A stretch of DNA of 64,000 nt from Candidatus Moanibacter sp. (GTDB lineage Bacteria; Verrucomicrobiota; Verrucomicrobiia; Opitutales; UBA2987): positions 1 to 64,000 of the forward strand of contig CBDCEW010000084.1 of the NCBI GenBank assembly GCA_965215885.1, written 5' to 3'. The translations under genes and the position numbers were made by a program. The notes below the pieces were generated by a model. That model searched no databases. It was not told the DNA's origin and saw only the letters and a program-made list of their open reading frames with translations. Below, piece after piece: positions 50,568-58,853 of the stretch. The number at the start of each line of letters is the position of its first letter. Position 1 is the stretch's first letter.

Positions 50568-51926
50568 TCACGATTCGGTGTGTAGTGAGCCCAGGATGTC
50601 AAAGAATCGTGGGAAAGTCTTTGCTACGCAGTCCGGGTTCTTAATGGATAGCCAAGGATTATCCTGGTCGAGGATATTGGCACAGCCGAGGATTGCGAAA
50701 CTCATGGCTATCCGATGATCGTTGTATGTCTCGATAGTGACTCCCCGGGCTGCTCTCTCCCGAAGAGCGGAAAGGTCGGGAGTGATCAGAAGATCCTCCA
50801 CTCCCTCTTCGATTCCCTGTCCGAGCCGCCGTAATTCGTGAGCGACCGATGCGAGGCGATCAGACTCTTGCTTACGCGTGTGGCCAATTCCTCGAATATG
50901 GACCCTGCTTTCGAATAGCGGGGCAACTGCTGCCAGGGTAAGGAAAGTGTCAGAGATGGGATTGAAGTCCAAATCGAGCAGGTCTCGACCTGAGGGCAAT
51001 CTCCTGCCCCCTTCAAATCGAAAAGAAATCTCGGAAGAATCGCTCTCCACGCAAAGTCTTGTGTTTTCCCGAAGCAAACTCAGAAATTGAGAATCTCCCT
51101 GGAGAGGAACTTCACTTAAGGCGCGTATGCTGATGGTCCCCCCCGCCACGAGGGGAAGAATGGCAAAGTAGCTGGCGGCTGTCGCATCCGGCTCAATTTC
51201 ATATACTGCGCCCTCCAAATTGTAATTGCAGGGGGCCTCAATCTCAAAACCGCCATTTTCCCCGGTTACATATCTCTGGAGTCCGAATTGCTCCATCATC
51301 CGATGAGTCATTTCAACAAAGGGCTTTGATACCGTTTCGCCTCGAAGTGAAATCTGTAAGAGGTCTTTTGCGTGGGGCGCCGCCATCAGCAAAGCGGAGA
51401 GAAACTGACTGCTGGCACTTGCGTTCACTTCAATCTTACCCCCGGAGAGACCGTGAGTGTGGAGGGTGAACGGAAAGTGCCCTGTTTGGCCTTCGTATTG
51501 GATCTTTGCGCCGAGAGCTATGAGGGCGTCGAGGAGCCCTTTCATGGGACGATTTCGCATAATGTTTTCGCCATCGAGAAAGTAAGAGCCACCTTCCCGG
51601 AGGCAGAGAAAGGCGGTCAGAAACCTCGCAGCAGTACCCGCGTTTCCGATAAAGATACGCGCGTCGGGGTTCGGAATTTTACCACCTTGACCTCTAATCC
51701 GCACTGAGTTTTCGGTGTGTTGGGCTATGACTTCATAGCCCAATGCGATGAGAGCCCGCACCATAATCTCAGTATCTTCGCTAAAGAGGGCGTTGCGCAG
51801 GGTAACTTCATGATCGCAGAGTGCCGCCATTATAAGCGCCCGATTTGTGATACTCTTCGAACCGGGTAATCCTACCCTTCCCGCAACGGGTCGAGTGAAG
51901 GGAAGTATGGGAAGAGGGTCTTTCAT
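50568..51926 (-). CDS. aroA: EPSP synthase, copy 2
   Basis: Same protein as 3217..4575. Confidence 0.97.
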   Translation of the reverse strand: MKDPLPILPFTRPVAGRVGLPGSKSITNRALIMAALCDHEVTLRNALFSEDTEIMVRALIALGYEVIAQHTENSVRIRGQGGKIPNPDARIFIGNAGTAARFLTAFLCLREGGSYFLDGENIMRNRPMKGLLDALIALGAKIQYEGQTGHFPFTLHTHGLSGGKIEVNASASSQFLSALLMAAPHAKDLLQISLRGETVSKPFVEMTHRMMEQFGLQRYVTGENGGFEIEAPCNYNLEGAVYEIEPDATAASYFAILPLVAGGTISIRALSEVPLQGDSQFLSLLRENTRLCVESDSSEISFRFEGGRRLPSGRDLLDLDFNPISDTFLTLAAVAPLFESRVHIRGIGHTRKQESDRLASVAHELRRLGQGIEEGVEDLLITPDLSALRERAARGVTIETYNDHRIAMSFAILGCANILDQDNPWLSIKNPDCVAKTFPRFFDILGSLHTES

Positions 51927-51932
51927 GCCAAG

Positions 51933-52032
51933 CTAGGAATCTGTCGGACCTAGAATTCTTAACACCCCCATATCGACGAATTCATGGTGACAGATCGACA
52001 TTCCGACGCAGATGAGACCGACAGATTCCTAG
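51933..52032. repeat. ~100-bp MITE-like element (duplicate of 3111..3210)
   Basis: CTAGGAATCTGTCGG TIRs. Confidence 0.85.
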
Positions 52033-52895
52033 CTGCCCTCCAATTTTAGCCGAAGGCGGTCGCGGAAAGCTTTGCCGTGTTCGAGGACATTGAGAATCTC
52101 AAAGACCTGACCATTTGTGATGGCGGTCTTCATGGCTTGGAGTTCATCCTCAAACCCACCGATGGCACGGACGATTTCTTCGCGATTCTGTTCGATTATG
52201 CATTTCCAGAGACTGGGGCTTGCGGCCGCAACACGCGTCGAGTCGCGCAGTCCGTCTCCCGCAAAATTGCGCCAGTTGGAGTCTTTGGAGCCAAGGTAGG
52301 TACAGAGAACGCTGGCCAAAACATGGGGTAGATGGCTGATATTGGCTACGATTTCGTCGTGCTGCTCCGGCGTCACCGTTACGACTTCCATATCGAGCGC
52401 TTTCCAGAACAGCAGTAGCGATTCAACCGCCTTTTCATCGGTGTCAACTAGAGGTGTTACGAAACAGGCCTTCTTACGATAGAGCTCAGCATCCGCATAC
52501 TGCATACCGCTCTTCTCGGAGCCGGCCATGGGATGCGACCCGACGAATGCCGCATTGCCTGGAATCAGAACATGGCAATGGCGTGTAATCAGGCTCTTAG
52601 TGCTACCGACATCGGTCACGATTGCCCCCGGTTTGACACAACCGGCGATGCGGGCCACTATCCCTTGAACGGCTTCAACCGGTGTGCATACAACAACGAT
52701 ATCGGATCCTCGAACTGCCTCTTCAAGGGTCTCGGTTACAGAATCGCACCAGGGTTGTGATGCGCATTTGAGGCGTGTTTCGGGGCGGCGCGCCCATAGA
52801 ATGGTACGCTGAGAAATTTGGCGTGCTTTAACAGCCTGTGCCAGAGAGGCGCCTAGAAGGCCCGGTGCGATGATAGTGATCTGCTCAAACATCAA
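52029..52895 (-). CDS. tyrA: Prephenate/arogenate dehydrogenase, copy 2
   Basis: Same protein as 2248..3114. Confidence 0.93.
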   Translation of the reverse strand: MMFEQITIIAPGLLGASLAQAVKARQISQRTILWARRPETRLKCASQPWCDSVTETLEEAVRGSDIVVVCTPVEAVQGIVARIAGCVKPGAIVTDVGSTKSLITRHCHVLIPGNAAFVGSHPMAGSEKSGMQYADAELYRKKACFVTPLVDTDEKAVESLLLFWKALDMEVVTVTPEQHDEIVANISHLPHVLASVLCTYLGSKDSNWRNFAGDGLRDSTRVAAASPSLWKCIIEQNREEIVRAIGGFEDELQAMKTAITNGQVFEILNVLEHGKAFRDRLRLKLEGS

Positions 52896-54705
52896 TTTTG
52901 CTTTGATATTTCAACCGGTAAAACAGGAATGCGATAATGTAAATCAGCAGAGCGAGTTGTGCCAGGAACTGAAGCCCGAAGAGCATCGATAGATACTCGA
53001 GGCAGCCGCCCAAAACGGACCCCAGAAGGTTTGATCCGAGTGCTGAGGTGGGGTTAGCCGAACGGGAAAGGAGGATCGGGACGATAATACCGGCAAAGAA
53101 AATGGGAATAGCGATGAGAAGTCCACCGAGAATGCTTCGAGGGAGCATCTCAAAATGATTGAGTTCGCTGACCGGGAAATAGCATACCAGAACAACGGCG
53201 AAGAAGAGGCCTAAGAACCAGTATGTGGGATCTCTCAGACTGAAATGCATGACAACCAGATTGGCCAGCAGAACCATCGTCAGGATGGCAGCAAATACGG
53301 CGGAGTTTACAATCCATGTGGATCCGAAAAGAAGGGATAAGCTGGTGATGCCACGCGTCTCCAAAAGGAGAAATGAAGTGCCCATAAGAAAGAGGGTAGA
53401 GTCAAATTCCCGGACTACGTTTTTCTTCCCAAACGCGAATACGACCAATCCCGTTCCCAGGAGCAGGATGAAGAGCAGTACCAGGAGGTAGCCCCAAGGG
53501 AAGACTCCGGGACGTATGTAAAGAAAGGGCCAATCATCACTCGTGGTTCGAACCTGGGGTATCTCGCTCCCCGCCTCTATCGTCTGAAAGGTGTTCAGTC
53601 GGGCGTAATTGAGCTTGGCACTCTCTTTAGGGACGATGAAGGTTACACTGAAATGTTCTCTCTCGTGAAAAAGTGGTAGTGGCCGTATGCCGGTCGCCTT
53701 CGCGATTGTCGTATAAAGCCGCAAGAAAAACCACTCACCGGCATAAACGCTTATAGTAATGCTGAGATGCCCCCTATCAGAAACCAGCTCCCAGGCGGAT
53801 CGAATGCTGTCCTCGGTGTAGACGTAATTGTCAAGTCGCAACGAGGACATGGATGAAAACATGGCATGCGAGTCGAGGAAACCGAAACTGACGACGTCAA
53901 AGGGTTCACCCTGGTATTGTTCAAAGAAAGGTCTGGCATCGTTAACCACCGGAATTACCTCCGAATTTTGGTAAGGTTGTTCAGGGTGTAGCGATTGTCC
54001 CAATGCAATGATCTCTCCGTCGATATCTACAGAATAGATCATGGCGTAATCGTTTCGAATTGCCGCCTGAACATCGTTTCCGGTGCCGGCTCCCACAATT
54101 AATGCCCTTCTGCGCGCATCATTTATAAAAAAGGGTAAGTCGTAGACGCGTCTTAATCCGAATGCCAAGAGGTCTTTGCTTTGAGAGAGCTCCTCCCTGG
54201 ATAACGGGAGCTCGGAGAAATCATGCATGTATTGATGGAAATCCCGGTTTACCCTGATCGTGATTGCGACAGGATTGTCATGCTTAACATCGATGCGATT
54301 GTAAGGTGAGTATATTGCCCCCTGAATGGAAAAAGCGCTCAGAATTAGAATGCCGAGAAAGGCTGCAATGCTGTACCACTTTCGCGACAGCCAGCAGAAC
54401 GGTAATCCCCCAATCATGAACCAGATTGGAGGGTTCGCGGAGAACGAGGTTGCGATCGTGAATGCGATTATGCCCAGGAGCGAGCCGAGCAGATCTGCCG
54501 AGTAGGCACGAAGAGTGGGAATTCTACCAAAGAGATACCCAACAGGAGTTCCAGCAAATATAAAAACACTGACAATGAAGCAGAAGAGGCAGAGAAAAAT
54601 TGCGATGTTGAGACTGAAGGTAGAGAGAGACCAAGTGTTCAGCTCCCCATAAGAAAACTGAGGTAGTCCGTCAAGGGATTTTTTGAGTTTTTTCTCATGT
54701 TGTGT

Positions 54706-56016
54706 TTACAAGGCGTTGGCATTTGCTTGCTGAAGTCTTTTCCACACCGGTGAACCGGTGCGTTGGAGCGATTGGAGATACTTTTGCTCATCGTAGCGTT
54801 CGCTATTTTGCCAACAGCGAAACAGAATGCGGGTCCACTTGAGAGCGAGGGCACGAAGAATGGTTTGGCGGGGTTTGCCCTGTTCTTTTTTGATCTGGTA
54901 AAAGGCCTTTGCCCAGGCACAGTTTCGGATCGAATGTTCGGCAAATTCAACGAAACTTTGCCGCACGAAGGTAGGAGCCGCCCACCGCCAGTTGACCATT
55001 CGTTTCGGTTGTCCGGTTCTTTTGTCCTGCCCGCTGTTGATCGTGACCGGAGCGGATCCATTCCACTGGGTCATGTTCTGGGCCGTTTCGAAGTGCGAAC
55101 GATCGGTCCCGAACGCGCACAGCAACCGGGGACTCATGACCTCGCCGGCTCCGGGAATGCCACTGAACACGGCTGCATCGGGATGGCTTCTGAATAGCTC
55201 CCTGATACGCTTCTCATACGCTTTGATCTGCGGGCACAGGGTCAAAAGCTGTCCGGCCAACGTCTGTGCTTTTCTGCTGGATGCTTCAATGATGGCTGCA
55301 TCTTCGGTCAAGGCTCGTGCGTTACCGATCAATTCGAGACGCTCCTGGATTTTGGCGTCACTGCGACAGTTGTGCTTATAGAAGAACTTTCGCAAGACAC
55401 CCTCCGATGCTCTGTGCAGCTTCTTGAGGGTCGGCCAACGCAATATAAAGTGCAGGCACAGGCCACTGCCTAGATCATCGAACAATTTCAAGACCAAAGG
55501 GTTATATTGCTTCAGACAACTGCCCAACTGCTGTTCGAGGCTGGTAGCCTGATCGACGAATCCACGGCGGTCCTCGCACAACAGGTTCAGCTCCCGTGTT
55601 TGGGCCGTGTCAGGTATGAAACATTTGGTAAAAAGCTCGGGATGTTTGAGGAAAAACTCCGCGTGTATTTGCGCATCGACCGGGTCGCTCTTGGCCCCTG
55701 ATGGATACAGCGCCCGGCGATAATCCTTCGCCCTGGCCGCATGCACTGGATAGATATCGACAAACTCCAAGCCCATCAGAAAGTTGATCAACCCTCCTCG
55801 CTTCTGGTCCACCACCATGGCCATGCGCTTGCCCACGCTGGCATACTTTTCTCTCATCTCTACGGCAAATTCGTGCAAGCTGACCGCATCCTGCGCCACC
55901 TGTCGATGGGTCCCTTTTCCCGTTTCGCTCTCTATGATCCACAGATCGTTTTTCTGATCCGCCCAATCAATTCCTATCACCACACTATATCGATTTGTTT
56001 TTTCCCTTTTCTGCAT
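54706..56016 (-). CDS. IS110-family recombinase (DEDD RuvC-like domain plus Tnp domain)
   Basis: GIDWAD, KSDPVDA, GIPGAG, GSAP.T.NSG, ALALKW.RILFRCW; RBS AAAGGA. Confidence 0.95.
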   Translation of the reverse strand: MQKREKTNRYSVVIGIDWADQKNDLWIIESETGKGTHRQVAQDAVSLHEFAVEMREKYASVGKRMAMVVDQKRGGLINFLMGLEFVDIYPVHAARAKDYRRALYPSGAKSDPVDAQIHAEFFLKHPELFTKCFIPDTAQTRELNLLCEDRRGFVDQATSLEQQLGSCLKQYNPLVLKLFDDLGSGLCLHFILRWPTLKKLHRASEGVLRKFFYKHNCRSDAKIQERLELIGNARALTEDAAIIEASSRKAQTLAGQLLTLCPQIKAYEKRIRELFRSHPDAAVFSGIPGAGEVMSPRLLCAFGTDRSHFETAQNMTQWNGSAPVTINSGQDKRTGQPKRMVNWRWAAPTFVRQSFVEFAEHSIRNCAWAKAFYQIKKEQGKPRQTILRALALKWTRILFRCWQNSERYDEQKYLQSLQRTGSPVWKRLQQANANAL

Positions 56017-56044
56017 CCCTTTGTTCCTTTAGTTTGTCTTTTTG

Positions 56045-56343
56045 CTTTTTTCAAAGGCACTGGATGTCCAGGCGAAGTCCTTATAGTTGGATCCTGTTAT
56101 GAGGATGTAAACTGAGTGTTCGTTTTCGGTCATCCAGGCAGGCCGTCCACTCGAAATTCTGTCGGAAGTCCTCTTCGGACTGATTCCTAAGTTCGTAGTG
56201 GACGGCTGCCTTTGAATATTTTCACCCTTAGCCAAACAAACTCTTTGACCCATCGCCAACCACTGATCGGCCAAGTTATTCACAAAGGGGCCTCGCCGAG
56301 TTTTTCCTGCGGCTCCACTCGGTCCCTTGGATGAATAACCTGG
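56045..56343 (-). ncRNA. Putative IS110 bridge RNA (5' hairpin, target-binding loop, donor-binding loop)
   Basis: Nested stems with two internal loops whose strands match the MITE TIR and the IS junction (see findings). Confidence 0.85.
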
Positions 56344-56347
56344 AGCT

Positions 56348-56353
56348 ACTATA
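56348..56353 (-). promoter_or_regulatory. -10 box TATAGT of a circle-junction promoter (the -35 TTGACG is at 54669..54674)
   Basis: Joining the right end to the left end gives TTGACG-N17-TATAGT. Confidence 0.85.
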
Positions 56354-56813
56354 AGTAAACTGAGGTGTCTGGAAACTTGAGGTGCACCAGTCCAAATTTC
56401 TGGGAAAATGCAAAAGGGATGCCGACCAAGAATAGAGAAGGGAGAGTAAGATGCACGAGCCCGCTAAATCGTTTTCCCAACGCGACTCCAATCCCCATTC
56501 CCAGAAAAGCGCCGATTAATACAATGTTGTTGAAGTAGGCGAATATCCTGATCTGGGTTGTGCTCCAGCGGATTATTGCCAGCTCAAGGGCTAATATTCC
56601 GAAGGTCGCCAATCCAATTTTGAAAGCGACTGGTCCGCCTTTCTCAGCCCACCCCGTCTCCTTTAGCAGGTTCAAGCGCATTTTGAGAGCGAGAGTTCTC
56701 TTCTCGTAGAAAAACCTTTACCCTTCATCAGCTGTAGGAGTAAACTGGGAGTGAATCTTCTCTAGGTGCCTGTCGGCGAAGTGAGAAAGTCTCTTAGGAT
56801 CGTTTGTAGATTC

Positions 56814-56933
56814 ATGAAAAATCAGCCTGACGGTAAAGAGAGCGCGAGAGCACGCCGACATTTAATGATCTTATACGGATTTATGGCCCTGTTTATTGGG
56901 CTCCCATTCGTCCTCTTTTTCATCTTCCTCTAA
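56814..56933 (+). CDS. Small (39 aa) single-TM protein
   Basis: MKNQPDGKESARARRHLMILYGFMALFIGLPFVLFFIFL; below the ORF-track length cutoff. Confidence 0.5.
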   Translation: MKNQPDGKESARARRHLMILYGFMALFIGLPFVLFFIFL

Positions 56934-57056
56934 CCGGGAGTGTTACTTATTAATAAAAAAACCCCGTGGTTAAATATTAAGCCTGGCGTTCTCGGATTCA
57001 TTATTTTTTGAGATTAGTTTAATGATCAGGTTCAGTCAGTTTCCGGAAGTGTAGTC

Positions 57057-58067
57057 ATGACCAAGACTATCTTAATAATCCGGGTGTTCTTTTTTATGCT
57101 CTGCATTTTCGGGAGTTGGTTGGTCTGGTACTCCAATAAGGACTGGGAACAGTATCTTTGGCTTAACCTGTTTATGGGCGCGAGTCTGGGAGCCTTCGTC
57201 ATCCTCGTCGATATCTTTCTAAAAGGTTTTTCTTTGAGGGGGTTAACGGCGCTAACCTTTGGATTGTTTGTCGGGTGGCTTATCGCCTACTTTATTTCGG
57301 AGTCGCCTCTTTTTGAAAGTGGGGAGCCCCAAACTCTATTTATGGTCCGGTTGGCCCTTTTTGTGATCATGATGTATCTCGGGGCCGTTATCGCCTTGAG
57401 AGGGCGCGACGAGTTTAATCTGGTTATCCCGTATATCCGATTTGTCCCCCACGGGGTTGATGTGCCTTTAGTGGTGGTCGACACAAGCGCCCTTATCGAT
57501 GGGCGCATTTACGGTATTTGTGCGACCAAGTTTATGGGATACGCTCTCGTAATTCCACGATTTGTCCTCGACGAGTTGCAAGCTATCGCGGATTCGCCTG
57601 ATCCTCAACGCCAGGCCAGAGGCCGTAAAGGTCTTGAAGTCTTAAATGAGTTAAACCAGGTCGTGAACCTTGATATTCGCATCCACGAGAGCGATCTGAG
57701 CAGCCACCAGAATGTCGATTCCAAGATTATCTTTCTGGCCGAGTCACTCAAAGCAAAGATTATCTCGACAGACTTTAACCTGGCGCAGATGGCGGAGTTT
57801 CAGGGTGTCGAATGGTTGAATATCAATGCCTTGGCGAAAGCATTGAATCCGGAACTGATCATCGGTGAGACGTTGGAGGTGGAACTCGTCAAAACCGGCA
57901 AAGAGGCCGGACAGGCGTTGGGTTTCTTGAACGACGGATCGATGGTCGTAGTAAACGATGGTAAGAAATTCCTCGGGAGAAAGGTGCGCATCGAAGTCCA
58001 GAGCGTTCTCCCGTCGGCGGGAGGTAAGATGGTGTTTGCCAAGATTCTCGAACCTATCGGGGACTAG
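57057..58067 (+). CDS. PIN/TRAM-domain membrane protein (YacL-like)
   Basis: DTSALIDGRI, P.FVL.ELQ..ADS, RGR.GL, GKE.GQ..G.L.DG.MVVV. Confidence 0.93.
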   Translation: MTKTILIIRVFFFMLCIFGSWLVWYSNKDWEQYLWLNLFMGASLGAFVILVDIFLKGFSLRGLTALTFGLFVGWLIAYFISESPLFESGEPQTLFMVRLALFVIMMYLGAVIALRGRDEFNLVIPYIRFVPHGVDVPLVVVDTSALIDGRIYGICATKFMGYALVIPRFVLDELQAIADSPDPQRQARGRKGLEVLNELNQVVNLDIRIHESDLSSHQNVDSKIIFLAESLKAKIISTDFNLAQMAEFQGVEWLNINALAKALNPELIIGETLEVELVKTGKEAGQALGFLNDGSMVVVNDGKKFLGRKVRIEVQSVLPSAGGKMVFAKILEPIGD

Positions 58068-58315
58068 CAGCCTTATAGTCGGACTTTTATGTCTCTTTCG
58101 GAAGCATTTCCCTTTATTTTCCGGAAAATTATCCGAAGATATAAGAAACTTATGAGGTGTGATATAACTTTTGATGTCAAAATTTGCATAAAAAGGCGTC
58201 TATACCGGTTTTTTTTCTTGGCAAAGAATGAAAAGTACGCTTATCTGGGAGGCCCCCTATAATTGGGGGACTATATCTTGAATCAGAAACATATAAAAAT
58301 AGAGGAGAATATAAT

Positions 58316-58663
58316 ATGAATTATAAGACTACGAAAAAAGGGTTTACCCTTGTGGAAATCATGATCGTGGTAGTCATTATCGGGCTACTGGCGGCAATGG
58401 CAATTCCGGCCTTCAACAAAGTTCGAGCTACCTCACAGGATAAGGCAGTAACGAATAACTTGCGGCAATTTGCCTCCGCAGCTCAGCAGTATATGTTGGA
58501 CGAGGGGGTAGCGAGTGTTTCGTCGACGAATATTGTGGGCGTTGGGTTGCATATCAGCGTTCTTGACCAGGTTGCGGATGAGACCTATGTGCTGACGGTG
58601 GCAACCAATACGACTCGAATATCTACTACTGTAAATACTCGCACGATCAATTACGATTTCTAA
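58316..58663 (+). CDS. Type IV pilin / prepilin-type protein
   Basis: [25 protein letters not shown]; strong RBS AGAGGAGA. Confidence 0.93.
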   Translation: MNYKTTKKGFTLVEIMIVVVIIGLLAAMAIPAFNKVRATSQDKAVTNNLRQFASAAQQYMLDEGVASVSSTNIVGVGLHISVLDQVADETYVLTVATNTTRISTTVNTRTINYDF

Positions 58664-58682
58664 TTAGATTCGAGCATTTTCG

Positions 58683-58719
58683 GGCCGCCTTCTTCTGTTG
58701 AGGAAGGCGGCCTTTTTTT
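58683..58719 (+). terminator. Rho-independent terminator after the pilin
   Basis: GGCCGCCTTC...GAAGGCGGCC followed by T7. Confidence 0.88.
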
Positions 58720-58853
58720 GTTCGGCTTTGCCGGAGCCCGCATTCCCTCATTGGGTAAGCTTTAGGGACTGCCGGCAGCCGCAATTCGACCGATACGCGA
58801 CTGCGGAATTGATGAGAAAAGCGAGCTAAGGCATCGTGTAAACAAGCTGGAAG

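Larger units (their letters stand above)
43679..55142. repeat. Right arm of the inverted segmental duplication
   Basis: Reverse complement of 1..15348 minus the two ISNCY elements. Confidence 0.97.
54653..56354 (-). mobile_element. Complete IS110-family element (~1.7 kb)
   Basis: Interrupts a host gene; no terminal IRs; long 5' non-coding end; split promoter at the two ends. Confidence 0.92.
52885..56681 (-). pseudogene. Spermidine-synthase-like membrane methyltransferase interrupted by IS110 (5' part 56355..56681, 3' part 52885..54652)
   Basis: N-terminal LALELAIIRW...FAYFNN..LIGAFLG.G.G joins ...DTSV(Y/F)LWGAE across the IS; GAGTGND SAM motif in the 3' part. Confidence 0.85.

Noticed and set aside
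56029..56283. 84-aa ORF in the IS110 left end
   Set aside because: It overlaps the structured RNA region and has no recognisable motif; the RNA interpretation explains the sequence better.
57057..58067. PIN toxin-antitoxin module
   Set aside because: The architecture is the TM-PIN-TRAM (YacL-like) type with no antitoxin partner.
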